A DNA stretch of 64,000 nt from Candidatus Poribacteria bacterium (GCA_965116925.1 OZ220744.1:640001-704000); one strand, 5' to 3'. Shown: positions 40,883-50,398, numbered from the stretch's first letter. Numbers and translations: made by a program. Notes: generated by a model from the letters alone, not told the origin.

Positions 40883-41260
40883 CTAGTTTCCATATTCAGT
40901 GTCCGAATCAGAATCGCTATTATGCGGGCTGTTCGTATTGTGATCGCTGATGTAAGCACCTGCATAATTGCTAGCACTCGGAGCACCTTTAGTAGAAAGA
41001 GACTGGTTAATATCACCACTAAAATTACCACTCTGATGTTTATTGGGACCATGGGCAACCTGTACAGTCATACTATAAAAGCCAGAGCATAGACTATCTG
41101 GTGCCTTAACACTCGCCTTAGCATGTCCTTTGCCCGAGGCTACCCATACTCTAGCATCTGCCTCCACATGGTGATCAGCATAGCTACTATAAACAAAGAT
41201 AAAAGTGGCGCAAAGCAGCAAACAAACCGAGATAATCGTCAAGGTTACTTGCGTTCGCAT
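40883..41260 (-). CDS. Small secreted protein of unknown function
   Basis: 125 aa; strong SD GAGGAGG; Sec signal ending SYA; Ser/Asn/His/Ala-rich mature part. Confidence 0.75.
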   Translation of the reverse strand: MRTQVTLTIISVCLLLCATFIFVYSSYADHHVEADARVWVASGKGHAKASVKAPDSLCSGFYSMTVQVAHGPNKHQSGNFSGDINQSLSTKGAPSASNYAGAYISDHNTNSPHNSDSDSDTEYGN

Positions 41261-41377
41261 TTTTCACACCTCCTCGCTTGGTGAATGGTTATATTCACGA
41301 AACCTCTATGACTGGGTTTCCCCAGAAAGGTAGGCTTTCTCCAATTTAATCAGCACCGTGACTTCACCCTACTAAGA

Positions 41378-41393
41378 GCAAGCCCTATGCCAA
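41378..41393 (-). promoter_or_regulatory. Sigma-54 (-24/-12) promoter
   Basis: Minus strand TTGGCAT-AGGGC-TTGC matches TGGCAC-N5-TTGC with exact spacing. Confidence 0.8.
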
Positions 41394-41545
41394 CATCCCA
41401 AATTATGCCAACTCTTCAGTCGTGGCGCGGGTTTGAGGGGAGGTTCGCTATCTGTTCTTTCGAGCAAAATCGTCCAGAAACCGGACATAACGGACAGATA
41501 TGCAAACAATATCGGACAACTGAACACGTCTTTTGCCACTGCCAA

Positions 41546-42496
41546 TCATCGGAAACCATATTTTTTCAATCGGCGGTATAAAGCCTGTCGACTCAACCCA
41601 AGTTGCCGGGCGGTCTGGGTGATGTTGCCTCGATTCGTCACTAAGGTGCGTCGAATCCGTTCCTGTTCAGCAAACATCCCCTCAACTGGGGTTGGGGATG
41701 GACTTGCTACATCAGTCCCTGTTCTTGAAAAAGAAAACACATCAACGTGAGGAAAGTGAAAATGTAGGTATTCGGGTTGAATCGCTGCACCTTCGCTTAC
41801 AATTAACGCACCTTCAATGACGTTCCTCAGCTCACGCACATTACCCGGGAAGGCATATCCCTCCAAAGCCTCCACCGCTTTAGGTGTCAATTCTGGAGTC
41901 GACACTTCCAGCCGAGTCGCAAGTGTACTCAGCATGTACTCAGCAAGGGGCAGAATATCATCTTTTCGCTCACGTAAAGGTGAAATTTCAATCAGCATTA
42001 CAGCCAAGCGGAAGTAGAGATCCGACCGAAACTGTCCCACCTCAACATTAGCCTTGAGGTCTGAATTGGTGGCTGCCATCACCCGGATATCTACCTTTTT
42101 ACTCTCTTTCGCACCGATTGGCGTGATGACACTCTCGTCCAGCACACGGAGGAGTTTAATCTGGGTTTCGATTGGCATATCGCCGACTTCATCGAGAAAC
42201 AGTGTCCCACCGTCAGCACGTTCAAAGTAACCCGTTTGGTCTGCTATAGCACTAGTGAACGCGCCGCGGACATGACCAAAGAAGACAGACTCGGCTAGTT
42301 CATAAGGAATCGCTCCACAATTGAGAGCCACAAATGGTCCTGATGCCCGTGGACCTCCGGCATGAATGGCTCGTGCAACCACTTCCTTCCCGACACCGGT
42401 TTCCCCTGTAATTAAAACCGAGGTGGTATCGTTGTTACGAAGTTGGTGAATCGTCCTATGAATGATTCGCATTGCATTGCTGTCGCCAAAGAGCAT
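41546..42496 (-). CDS. Sigma-54 enhancer-binding protein lacking an N-terminal sensory domain (AAA+ and Fis HTH)
   Basis: GETGVGKE, GAFTSA, FLDEVG, FPGNVREL, C-terminal HTH; in-frame stop ~27 codons upstream. Confidence 0.88.
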   Translation of the reverse strand: MLFGDSNAMRIIHRTIHQLRNNDTTSVLITGETGVGKEVVARAIHAGGPRASGPFVALNCGAIPYELAESVFFGHVRGAFTSAIADQTGYFERADGGTLFLDEVGDMPIETQIKLLRVLDESVITPIGAKESKKVDIRVMAATNSDLKANVEVGQFRSDLYFRLAVMLIEISPLRERKDDILPLAEYMLSTLATRLEVSTPELTPKAVEALEGYAFPGNVRELRNVIEGALIVSEGAAIQPEYLHFHFPHVDVFSFSRTGTDVASPSPTPVEGMFAEQERIRRTLVTNRGNITQTARQLGLSRQALYRRLKKYGFR

Positions 42497-42793
42497 AGAA
42501 TAATCCCACTTTCTATTATTGAAAATCAGCTCTGGATCCCAAAGGATACAATAAAAGGCAAGTAGCGTGCAAATCTAAAATCGTTAGAGTCAAACTAATA
42601 GTTTAACTCTTGCAAAAATAACCCGGATCGTGTTAAAGATCGTGCAAAAAAACGAGTTTGTTCTGAAAAATCAGCTTCTCTAGACTATTCTACACTTTCT
42701 TTTTACACAAGCCAATAGCTTATATGTAAGTAAGATAACGGTATCCCGGCCATACCAAACACCCTTAAAGCATATCAACATACCCTAAGGACC

Positions 42794-43576
42794 TTACCGG
42801 CGGTGTGCAATTTCAATGAGTGTATCACCGACAATCTTGTATCTATGGGAATCCAGCCGTTCAACATCCGACCGTTTCGCTTTCGCATCAACCGCTTTTT
42901 CCTCCAGCAGCTCTGTGATAAATTCGTAAGGCGGATCGATACTGAACGGCTCAATTTCCCCAATTTTCTCCATTGCCGTTTTGCCGCCAATCTGCAAGAG
43001 TTCCCTCGCCTTTGCGGGTGCGAGCGACAACGCACTTGTCTGCGAGAGTCCCTTCTTCGTCATGACCGACACGATATTCGGCACATATTGCTGCGTTTCA
43101 GCGATGGCGGTATCGTCTCCACTGATGAATACCGTTGGGATGCCGAATGAACCTGCCATTGCGGCGTTAAACCCAATCTCCCCAATCAGTTCGCCGTTCA
43201 GCCAGCAGTTGGCAATTGCGCGCGAACTCCAGCTATGGCACAAGACACCGCGTTCCGTGTTTCCCATGGAGTGATGCCCGTAAAGCAAAAACGCATCAAA
43301 CGACGCATCCAACCCCCAAGGTGCAGAAATTGGACGACCAATAATCATCTGTGCCTCCGGGTGCATCAGTTCATAGTCGATTCCTCCTGGACCATGACCG
43401 TCCAAAAACCACACCTCCTGGGCCCCACCCTCCAACGTGCCCTCAACGAGTGCATTTACCTCCAATGTTGCGAGCCGTTTCGCCTGTTCGTAGTACTTCG
43501 CATCGCTATAAGTCTGTTGGTGGAAATCAACGACACCGGCGGTGCCTTCCAAGTCACCGAGTATAAATATTCGCAT
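42794..43576 (-). CDS. M55 family D-aminopeptidase (DppA-like)
   Basis: D.EG..G, D.HG, G.H, H, ISGDD motifs. Confidence 0.88.
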   Translation of the reverse strand: MRIFILGDLEGTAGVVDFHQQTYSDAKYYEQAKRLATLEVNALVEGTLEGGAQEVWFLDGHGPGGIDYELMHPEAQMIIGRPISAPWGLDASFDAFLLYGHHSMGNTERGVLCHSWSSRAIANCWLNGELIGEIGFNAAMAGSFGIPTVFISGDDTAIAETQQYVPNIVSVMTKKGLSQTSALSLAPAKARELLQIGGKTAMEKIGEIEPFSIDPPYEFITELLEEKAVDAKAKRSDVERLDSHRYKIVGDTLIEIAHRR

Positions 43577-43605
43577 ATCAGTCTCCCCTTAATCTCAGAA
43601 ATTCC

Positions 43606-43634
43606 TTGACAACTTCCCATATCTGTTTCATAAT
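43606..43634 (+). promoter_or_regulatory. Sigma-70 promoter
   Basis: TTGACA-N17-CATAAT. Confidence 0.5.
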
Positions 43635-43905
43635 AGATTTGTGAAACATCTACAAAGAAAACTTGGCGATTACAAGTCCGTAAAGCATTACGGTAAATTC
43701 GCAATTGGCTATTATACCCCTGTTCGTTGATTTGTCAATCTTTTCGCTGGACCTGATGGGAACCTTTAGTGCTCCCGTAGGTGCTGGCATCCCGATTTAT
43801 CGGGGAGAAATCTCCGAATCCCGACACTTCGCTCAAATAACCCTATGGATGTTAAAAAGCAGCAGTTCAAAACCAATTTGCAGATTGTATTATGGAGGAT
43901 AGATT

Positions 43906-44697
43906 ATGGGTTTCAAACTTGGTTATAGTACGTTACGTTGGCAAACACCTGACCTCGAACCGCTTCTCGTAGAACTCAAGGAAGCCGGGTGGGATGGATG
44001 GGAGATGCGCCAATCCTTTGATTGGGTCGGAACACCAAAACGAGTCCGACAGATCTGTGATAATGTCGGTATGCCTGTTGTCGTTGTCACCGCACGAGGA
44101 CTACCGATCGACAAGGATTGGGAACAGATGGAGATGAACAAACGCCGGATGGACTTCGCCGCTGAAGTCGGTGCGGACTGTTTCATGTTCATGGGAGCCG
44201 GTAAACCGCAAGACCGTCCTGTCAATGACGACGATATCGCTGCGCTGGCAGATGTTTCGGAAGAATGGGCGGAATACGCCGGACAGTACGACCTAGAGGT
44301 ATGTTACCACATTCATACCAACACGACGATCGACTCGATCGAGGACTGGGCGAAATATATGAGTCTGCTCAGAAAGTGCAAGCTGTGCATTGACGTTTCA
44401 CACTCTGCCTTATGGGGGTATGACCCCGTCGAGTCGATAAAACGCTACAAAGATCAGTTAATCTACGTTCACCTCCAAGACTACGCAAGCTTCTCCGGCG
44501 GCGATGGCGAGTCTTACGATGTGAATTGGGTTGATGTCGGCAGTGGGACCGTGATGGACTTTCCCAAAATTATGACAACCTTGGAAGATATCGGATATGA
44601 TCGCTGGGTAACAGCCTGTCCCGGTCAAATCGAAGAGCGATCTGATCAGGACCGGATGCGAGTCAATCGGGAATATCTCCAGCAGCTAGGGTATTAA
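43906..44697 (+). CDS. Sugar phosphate isomerase/epimerase (xylose-isomerase-like TIM barrel)
   Basis: G.DG.E, YH.H, D..H, VHLQD, G.G.MDF. Confidence 0.82.
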   Translation: MGFKLGYSTLRWQTPDLEPLLVELKEAGWDGWEMRQSFDWVGTPKRVRQICDNVGMPVVVVTARGLPIDKDWEQMEMNKRRMDFAAEVGADCFMFMGAGKPQDRPVNDDDIAALADVSEEWAEYAGQYDLEVCYHIHTNTTIDSIEDWAKYMSLLRKCKLCIDVSHSALWGYDPVESIKRYKDQLIYVHLQDYASFSGGDGESYDVNWVDVGSGTVMDFPKIMTTLEDIGYDRWVTACPGQIEERSDQDRMRVNREYLQQLGY

Positions 44698-45029
44698 GGC
44701 GTAAAACATAAGGATGCGAGGCTGCACGGAGACATTGAAATCCATGCAGCCCGATATTCCTATAGGATATACACACGCTTGGCTGCGAATCTCGCAAGCA
44801 GCATAAAACACCTTTGAGAACCGTATCTGCTGCTGAGTTATCTAGGTCAACGCCTCCGCTTGCTCCCGCCTATACCTTAGTCCGCTTATTGGTCCAACCC
44901 TTTCCGCTGCCTCAGTTCACAACAGGGTGCACAATCGTTTCAACGGTTTGTAACCAGTTTGGAAGATTGTTCCAACTTATGGGTCTTACGTTTCACGTTT
45001 CATACATCACGCCAAAGGGGTGAAAAACC

Positions 45030-46517
45030 GTGTCACTGGTTATGGGAATTGACCTCGGCACCTCAAATGCCAAAACGGTTTTGATGGACAAAGCAGGTCG
45101 TATCGTTGCAATGGCGAGCGCAGACTATCCGTTGTTGACGCCACACCCCGGTTGGGCGGAACAGAATCCCGACGATTGGTGGAACGCGCTGTGCGATACA
45201 AGCCGTCAGGTGCTCGCGGAACTCAAGACGAGGCATCCTGCTTATTCGATCCACGACATCAAAGGTGTATCGCTTTCGGGACAAATGAACAGCGCGATGC
45301 TCGTAGACTCCCAAGGGGTTCCAATTCGCCGCGCGATTGCTTGGTTGGACGGACGTTCAAAGCGGGAGTGCGACGAAGCGAATCAACGGGCTGGCGACCT
45401 ATTTCGCAAGCGGGTGCTGCAGGTCCTTAACCCTGTCAACACATTGGGGAAAATCCTCTGGCTACGCGACAATGAGCCGAACCTTTATAACGATGCCCGT
45501 TATGCCCTCATTCAGAAAGATTGGATACGGTTCCGACTGACCGGCAGCTTTGGGTCGGACGTTTCGGACGCCTCGATATCGGCGGCTGGGGACATCTACA
45601 CGCGGGATTGGAGCGGTGAAATCTTAGATGCACTCGAAGTGCGCCGCGATCTTTTTCCGCCCATCGTTGAATCCACTAGGGTGGTTGGCGAAATCACGGA
45701 TGCTGCTGCCGAAGAAACGGGATTGGCAGCGGGAACGCCTGTATGTGCCGGTGCGGGCGATATGGCGTGTATGGCGGTGGGCGGCGGTGTCATCAAACCG
45801 GGAATTGCCAACGTCGGAATCGGTACAGCGGGGCACGCCTTGGCTTTTGCCGAGAGGATCAGCGATGAAGGATACAATCAGCTGTGGCCCATCTGCCACG
45901 CGGTGTCGGGAAAATACTTGTGGCTCGGATGCACATATACCGGCGGGCGAAGCCTAGCATGGACCCGCGACCAGTTTGGTGAACGCTTTGAAGATTTGAC
46001 AGCGGAAGCTGAAAGCGTACCCGTGGGCAGCGACGGGCTATTTTTTATGCCTTGGTTTCAAGGAGCAGCGACACCGAATCCCGACCCCCACGCACGGGCC
46101 GGTTGGATCGGCCTGACGTTGCACCACACAAAGGGGCACATGATTCGAGCGTTGATGGAAGGGGTAGCCTTTGACCTGCGACACTCGCTCGAATGCTTCA
46201 AACGGTTGGGGTCCCCAATTAACGAGCTCCGCATCGGTGAAGGAGGGGCGAAATCCGCTCTCTGGAGTGCAATCCAAGCCGACGTTTTCGGTCAAGATGT
46301 GCGAATAATGGAAACACGGGAGGTTTCTGCTGTCGGTGCAGCCATAATTGCAGGAGTTGGCGTCGGCCTGTTTTCAGACTTTGAGTCTGCATGTAAAAAG
46401 GCAATTGTGTTGGGCGAGACAGTCAGGTGTGATGCGGATCGAGCCCAACAATATGAGGCATACTATCAGCGATATTGTGAATTGTATCCGATACTCAAAG
46501 ACTGGTTTCGCCAGTAA
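45030..46517 (+). CDS. xylB: FGGY carbohydrate kinase, xylulokinase-like
   Basis: GIDLGTS, PGWAEQNP..WW, SGQM, W.D.R, G.GD, RA.MEGVAF. Confidence 0.75.
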   Translation: MSLVMGIDLGTSNAKTVLMDKAGRIVAMASADYPLLTPHPGWAEQNPDDWWNALCDTSRQVLAELKTRHPAYSIHDIKGVSLSGQMNSAMLVDSQGVPIRRAIAWLDGRSKRECDEANQRAGDLFRKRVLQVLNPVNTLGKILWLRDNEPNLYNDARYALIQKDWIRFRLTGSFGSDVSDASISAAGDIYTRDWSGEILDALEVRRDLFPPIVESTRVVGEITDAAAEETGLAAGTPVCAGAGDMACMAVGGGVIKPGIANVGIGTAGHALAFAERISDEGYNQLWPICHAVSGKYLWLGCTYTGGRSLAWTRDQFGERFEDLTAEAESVPVGSDGLFFMPWFQGAATPNPDPHARAGWIGLTLHHTKGHMIRALMEGVAFDLRHSLECFKRLGSPINELRIGEGGAKSALWSAIQADVFGQDVRIMETREVSAVGAAIIAGVGVGLFSDFESACKKAIVLGETVRCDADRAQQYEAYYQRYCELYPILKDWFRQ

Positions 46518-46589
46518 CGACCCTTATCTTCCGCTCCAGAGGAGCGATATGTTTATAGAACGGCGATATGCCCAAACCCCGCGCTCCAG

Positions 46590-46704
46590 ATGAAGATTAA
46601 TTTATTAATTGGGTAATTTCCGAGCGATGTCCGGTGCGGTTTGCAACCGCACCTACCGGGTCTGGGGAAATATAGAATTACCCGTTTAATTTCTTAAAAC
46701 CCAT
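46590..46704. mobile_element. MITE family A (115 bp, ATGAAG..TTAA / TTAA..CAT ends, internal GTAG REP) inserted in a CGCTCCAGAGGAGCG palindrome
   Basis: Host halves CGCTCCAG (46582-46589) and GAGGAGCG (46705-46712); intact host at 46532-46546. Confidence 0.8.
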
Positions 46705-46813
46705 GAGGAGCGCAATGTGCATAGCAGAACTCAAGATAGCCTGATCTGAATACGAAAACGATTCCTAAGCGGATTAAACAACCCTAAATCGATTAACCAC
46801 AAGAGGAGACACC

Positions 46814-47815
46814 ATGAAAATTACCCAGATCGAAGCGATACCGGTCAAGGTTCCGTATCATGAGGGCATTACCGAAATGATGGTCGAGCGGAATCTGTAT
46901 CAAGGGAACACCGTCTATAAAGTCCACACCGATGGGGGAATCGTCGGTATCGGTGAAGCTGAAGGGCAACCCAATGACGAACTTCAGCAGTATGTCGGCA
47001 GAGATCCGTTTGAATTCATGAACGGACTGGCACCGACACCGCTTCAGCAGGCGGTCTATGACATCATGGGAAAATCGCTTGGCGTGCCCGTTCATCAACT
47101 AGTCGGCGAAAAGGTTCAGGATAAGGTGGCGATCGGATACTGGTCAATCGATATGCCGCCCGCAGAGTGGGCAGAGGAAGCCAAACGCGCCTATTCGCTC
47201 GGATACCGGCTCCACAAAATCAAGGCACGTCCGTGGCATGATATCATCGAACAGGTCCAAGCAATCACTGAGGTCGTTCCGTCCGATTATAAGCTGCGGA
47301 TTGACCCCAACGACTCGTTTGAGACACCAGCGAAGTCTATTGAAGTTGCGAAAAAACTCCGGGATTACAATATCGAAGCATTTGAATCACCTATTCCCCA
47401 GGGCGATATTGACGGATACCTAGAAATTCGACGTGGCTGCGATATGCCGATCACAATACATTTCGGCAACCCCGATCCCGTTGAAGCGATCAAGGCGAAT
47501 ATGAACGACTCCTTCATCATCGCGTACCCGGATTCACGCGCTGCCAACGCCAAGCGTGAAGCATCAATTTCTGAATCTGCACACTTGCCCCTCTGGATTC
47601 AGATTGTCGGAATGGGAATAACGACCACGTATCTAATCCATCTCGCTGCCACAATGCCCAACGCCACCATGTCGTCGATTACGCTGAATTGTCTGAGAGC
47701 GTTTGATATCGTCTCGCCAGCAGTCCAGATGGAGAACGGTTACGCAACCGTACCTGATGCGCCGGGGTTGGGAATTGAGCTCGATGAAGACCTGCTAGAT
47801 AACTGTCGGGCATAG
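46814..47815 (+). CDS. Mandelate racemase/muconate lactonizing enzyme family protein
   Basis: A.YD..GK..GVPV..L.G, K.K, D.N, E.P, P..PGLG.E. Confidence 0.85.
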   Translation: MKITQIEAIPVKVPYHEGITEMMVERNLYQGNTVYKVHTDGGIVGIGEAEGQPNDELQQYVGRDPFEFMNGLAPTPLQQAVYDIMGKSLGVPVHQLVGEKVQDKVAIGYWSIDMPPAEWAEEAKRAYSLGYRLHKIKARPWHDIIEQVQAITEVVPSDYKLRIDPNDSFETPAKSIEVAKKLRDYNIEAFESPIPQGDIDGYLEIRRGCDMPITIHFGNPDPVEAIKANMNDSFIIAYPDSRAANAKREASISESAHLPLWIQIVGMGITTTYLIHLAATMPNATMSSITLNCLRAFDIVSPAVQMENGYATVPDAPGLGIELDEDLLDNCRA

Positions 47816-47946
47816 ATTGGTCGCTCATGTTAAGAAATCGCGCAACAGAAACCGAGTTTTTTCTTGAAAACTCGGTTTCTCTTCATGCTTTGCGCTTTCT
47901 TTTTATATGAGCCACCAATGAACCAATGAATCAATCAACTCAATAT

Positions 47947-48031
47947 ATAATAGATTTTAGAATTAATGGGACACGCCAAACCGCACCTACCGGGGGGGCG
48001 CAAGTGTTTCTTTATTTTTTGAATTCACTAT
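47947..48031. mobile_element. MITE family B (TATA-ended, GTAG REP remnant); second copy at ~58415-58621
   Basis: Reverse complement matches 58415-58455 and 58585-58621 (GGTTTGGCGTGTCYCATTAATTCTAA.ATC.A.TATA). Confidence 0.7.
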
Positions 48032-48041
48032 AAATGAATCA

Positions 48042-48605
48042 ATGATTGTCACATTTCACAGTCTATCCCAATTTATCGGGGCATCACGTTTCACGCATCA
48101 CGTTTCACGGGTCACACTGTTTATCCTCAGTCTGCTGGTTCTTGGCTGTGGTGGAGGGGTAAAACTGATCAATCTACCTGACAGCAGCATTGCGCTTAAA
48201 CTATCGAAAGACCAGCGGGAGAGCATTGAGCCCAAGATTGTGCTCATCCGCGACATCGTTGAGGATTACGAGTTTGAAAAAGATGAGGTAGAGGCTGAAT
48301 ATCGCCTTTACTATACCCGTGCTAGCCTGCCTTCGATGAGTCGATATGAAGGAGGCCGGGACAGGAGCGTCCGGTTTGAATGGCATCAACTGAGAATGAA
48401 ACTCAGAAGCTTTGTCGCACAACGACGGGAATATGGCAAAGAAATCTCTGGACTCCTCCGCGAAATCAAAGCCGATTTGACCCCTGACCAGCGTGTTGCG
48501 TTTGAAGATATAGAGCTGCCGGAACTCCGGCTACCAGAGGTGCTCAGAAGGCGTTCCTATGATGACTTGGGGATGCGAATGAGAGGGGTGCCATTCCAGT
48601 TCTGA
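48042..48605 (+). CDS. Hypothetical helical lipoprotein
   Basis: Lipobox VLGC; 'L.LS.DQ' ... 'LTP.Q...F' Spy/CpxP-like motifs. Confidence 0.6.
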   Translation: MIVTFHSLSQFIGASRFTHHVSRVTLFILSLLVLGCGGGVKLINLPDSSIALKLSKDQRESIEPKIVLIRDIVEDYEFEKDEVEAEYRLYYTRASLPSMSRYEGGRDRSVRFEWHQLRMKLRSFVAQRREYGKEISGLLREIKADLTPDQRVAFEDIELPELRLPEVLRRRSYDDLGMRMRGVPFQF

Positions 48606-48640
48606 AGCAGCAGCCACTTAAAAGGAGATGTTTCAAACAA

Positions 48641-49477
48641 ATGAAACTTTCACTTTCTGTTCGGGTGGCAGAAGCACCCGGATCCAAAGAAGAGACCATC
48701 CGATCCTTCGACGAAATTTCTACGCTCGCCGATCAGCTCGGTTATCACGCGGTCTGTATGAGAGCATCGCAGGCGGGAACCCAGACGCCGCTCCAACAAA
48801 TCACTGCTATCCGCCAGAAAACCCGCCAACTCAATCTCGCTGTATCAATGGTTACGGGTGATTTCCCAATTCCGATCAACAACGACCAAGGTCCCGATGC
48901 CCTACGGAACATCACGCCTTATCTGGATCTGACCGACCTATTGGGTGCCAATCTAATTCGGATTGCGATGAAAAAAGAGGAAGATATCATCTGGGCGAAA
49001 CGAGCAGCCGACGAAGCCCGCGAGCGAGGGATCCGGTTGGCGCATCAGTCGCATACGCGCAGCCTATTTGAAACAGTGGAAGGTTCAGTCGATATCCTCA
49101 AACGGGTGGGAAGAAAAAACTTCGGCATCATCTACGAGCCAGCGAATCTAGATCTCTGTGGACAGGATTATGGGCCCGAAACGCTCAAGCGGTTTTCACC
49201 TTATCTGTTTAACGTTTACCTTCAAAATCATATCCGGCACCCCGATGGAAAGACACATCTTGAGACGTGGATTCGTGGGGATGTTCCACACGATCCGATT
49301 CGCTTGCAGGATGAGGGCGGGATCGACTTTTCAAATGTGTTTGAAGGACTGGCAAAGATTGATTATAACGGCTATGTGACGGTGCATCAGGCATTCACCG
49401 AAATCATGGAGCCAGAAGACGCCGCACAACAGAGCTATGATTATTTAACGCAGCTTGCGGATTTTGAAACAGGGTAG
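48641..49477 (+). CDS. Sugar phosphate isomerase/epimerase family protein
   Basis: TIM-barrel pattern 'GY..V', 'NFG..YEP.N', 'GIDF..VF..L..I.Y.GYVT'. Confidence 0.78.
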   Translation: MKLSLSVRVAEAPGSKEETIRSFDEISTLADQLGYHAVCMRASQAGTQTPLQQITAIRQKTRQLNLAVSMVTGDFPIPINNDQGPDALRNITPYLDLTDLLGANLIRIAMKKEEDIIWAKRAADEARERGIRLAHQSHTRSLFETVEGSVDILKRVGRKNFGIIYEPANLDLCGQDYGPETLKRFSPYLFNVYLQNHIRHPDGKTHLETWIRGDVPHDPIRLQDEGGIDFSNVFEGLAKIDYNGYVTVHQAFTEIMEPEDAAQQSYDYLTQLADFETG

Positions 49478-49587
49478 ATTTCGCAAACAGGTGTGGAAGG
49501 AGGGTGAAAAGATTCAGCGCATACTACGGAAACTCTGAAGCATCAGATGAACACGTTGCAAAAAGAACTTCAATGGTTATCATCGTG

Positions 49588-49854
49588 TCAATGCTCTGGT
49601 GTTTCTTCGTTTTTATTTTTCTTTTTTTGGGTATACCTCCATGCAACCAACAGGCCAACCCCAGCTCCAATAATTGATCCAGCTGTTGGAAGAACGCTAC
49701 CTATGGTGGTGCCAACAGTTGCGAGGCCTATTACAGAGGTTGCCCCCACGCTGGTAGCTGCTCCCGCTGCCGCCCCTACAGATGCCCCCAAGGCACCATC
49801 AACTACCCAGGAGATATCCTTTTCTTTCTGTTCCTTTGGATTTTTGTTTGTCAT
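49588..49854 (-). CDS. Small glycine-zipper membrane protein
   Basis: GALGASVGAAAGAA...GSIIGAGVG; ATGA overlap with the upstream gene. Confidence 0.65.
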   Translation of the reverse strand: MTNKNPKEQKEKDISWVVDGALGASVGAAAGAATSVGATSVIGLATVGTTIGSVLPTAGSIIGAGVGLLVAWRYTQKKKNKNEETPEH

Positions 49855-50228
49855 TTCAAGAGCCCCATTGTTTGACGAGTGCCAGCGACCATAATTATCG
49901 TTAAAATGGTGGTGAAGATTGAAGTGAGAGCAAGTTTCCAGTCTTTGGCTTGATCGTGGGTAACTGCTATACCATAGATGAAGGTAGAAAAGATGATGCA
50001 GAAAAGGAGACCAACTAACGGAATTTCGATTGATGTTCCTTCTTGTGCACTATTCAACATAACATCACGAATAGCCACGGCAGACAGGGCCGTGCAGTAA
50101 AAGCATAACTGCCCGTCTCTAAGCAATGAGAGAACATTTCGATTGGCTCCGATTAGCCAGGAACCAAGAAGTACAAGAGGAACTGGCAGTAACGGAATTA
50201 CCGTATTGTAGAATAGCCATACAATCAT
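49851..50228 (-). CDS. Small four-TM membrane protein
   Basis: Four hydrophobic segments; strong promoter upstream. Confidence 0.65.
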   Translation of the reverse strand: MIVWLFYNTVIPLLPVPLVLLGSWLIGANRNVLSLLRDGQLCFYCTALSAVAIRDVMLNSAQEGTSIEIPLVGLLFCIIFSTFIYGIAVTHDQAKDWKLALTSIFTTILTIIMVAGTRQTMGLLK

Positions 50229-50281
50229 CTAAATACCTTGTCTCTACTTGGTTTTTCAAGCAAGTTAGCAAAACATAGATA

Positions 50282-50310
50282 ATTATACACAAACAGTTGA
50301 ACTAAATCAA
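50282..50310 (-). promoter_or_regulatory. Sigma-70 promoter of the two-gene cassette
   Basis: Minus strand TTGATT-N17-TATAAT with TG extension. Confidence 0.65.
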
Positions 50311-50398
50311 GATATTTCTAAATGTCTGTCGTTGCTCTTACACAGCAACCTTTGAATAATCTCATCTCAAAAAATATCCAAGAGATTGGAGTGAATAT

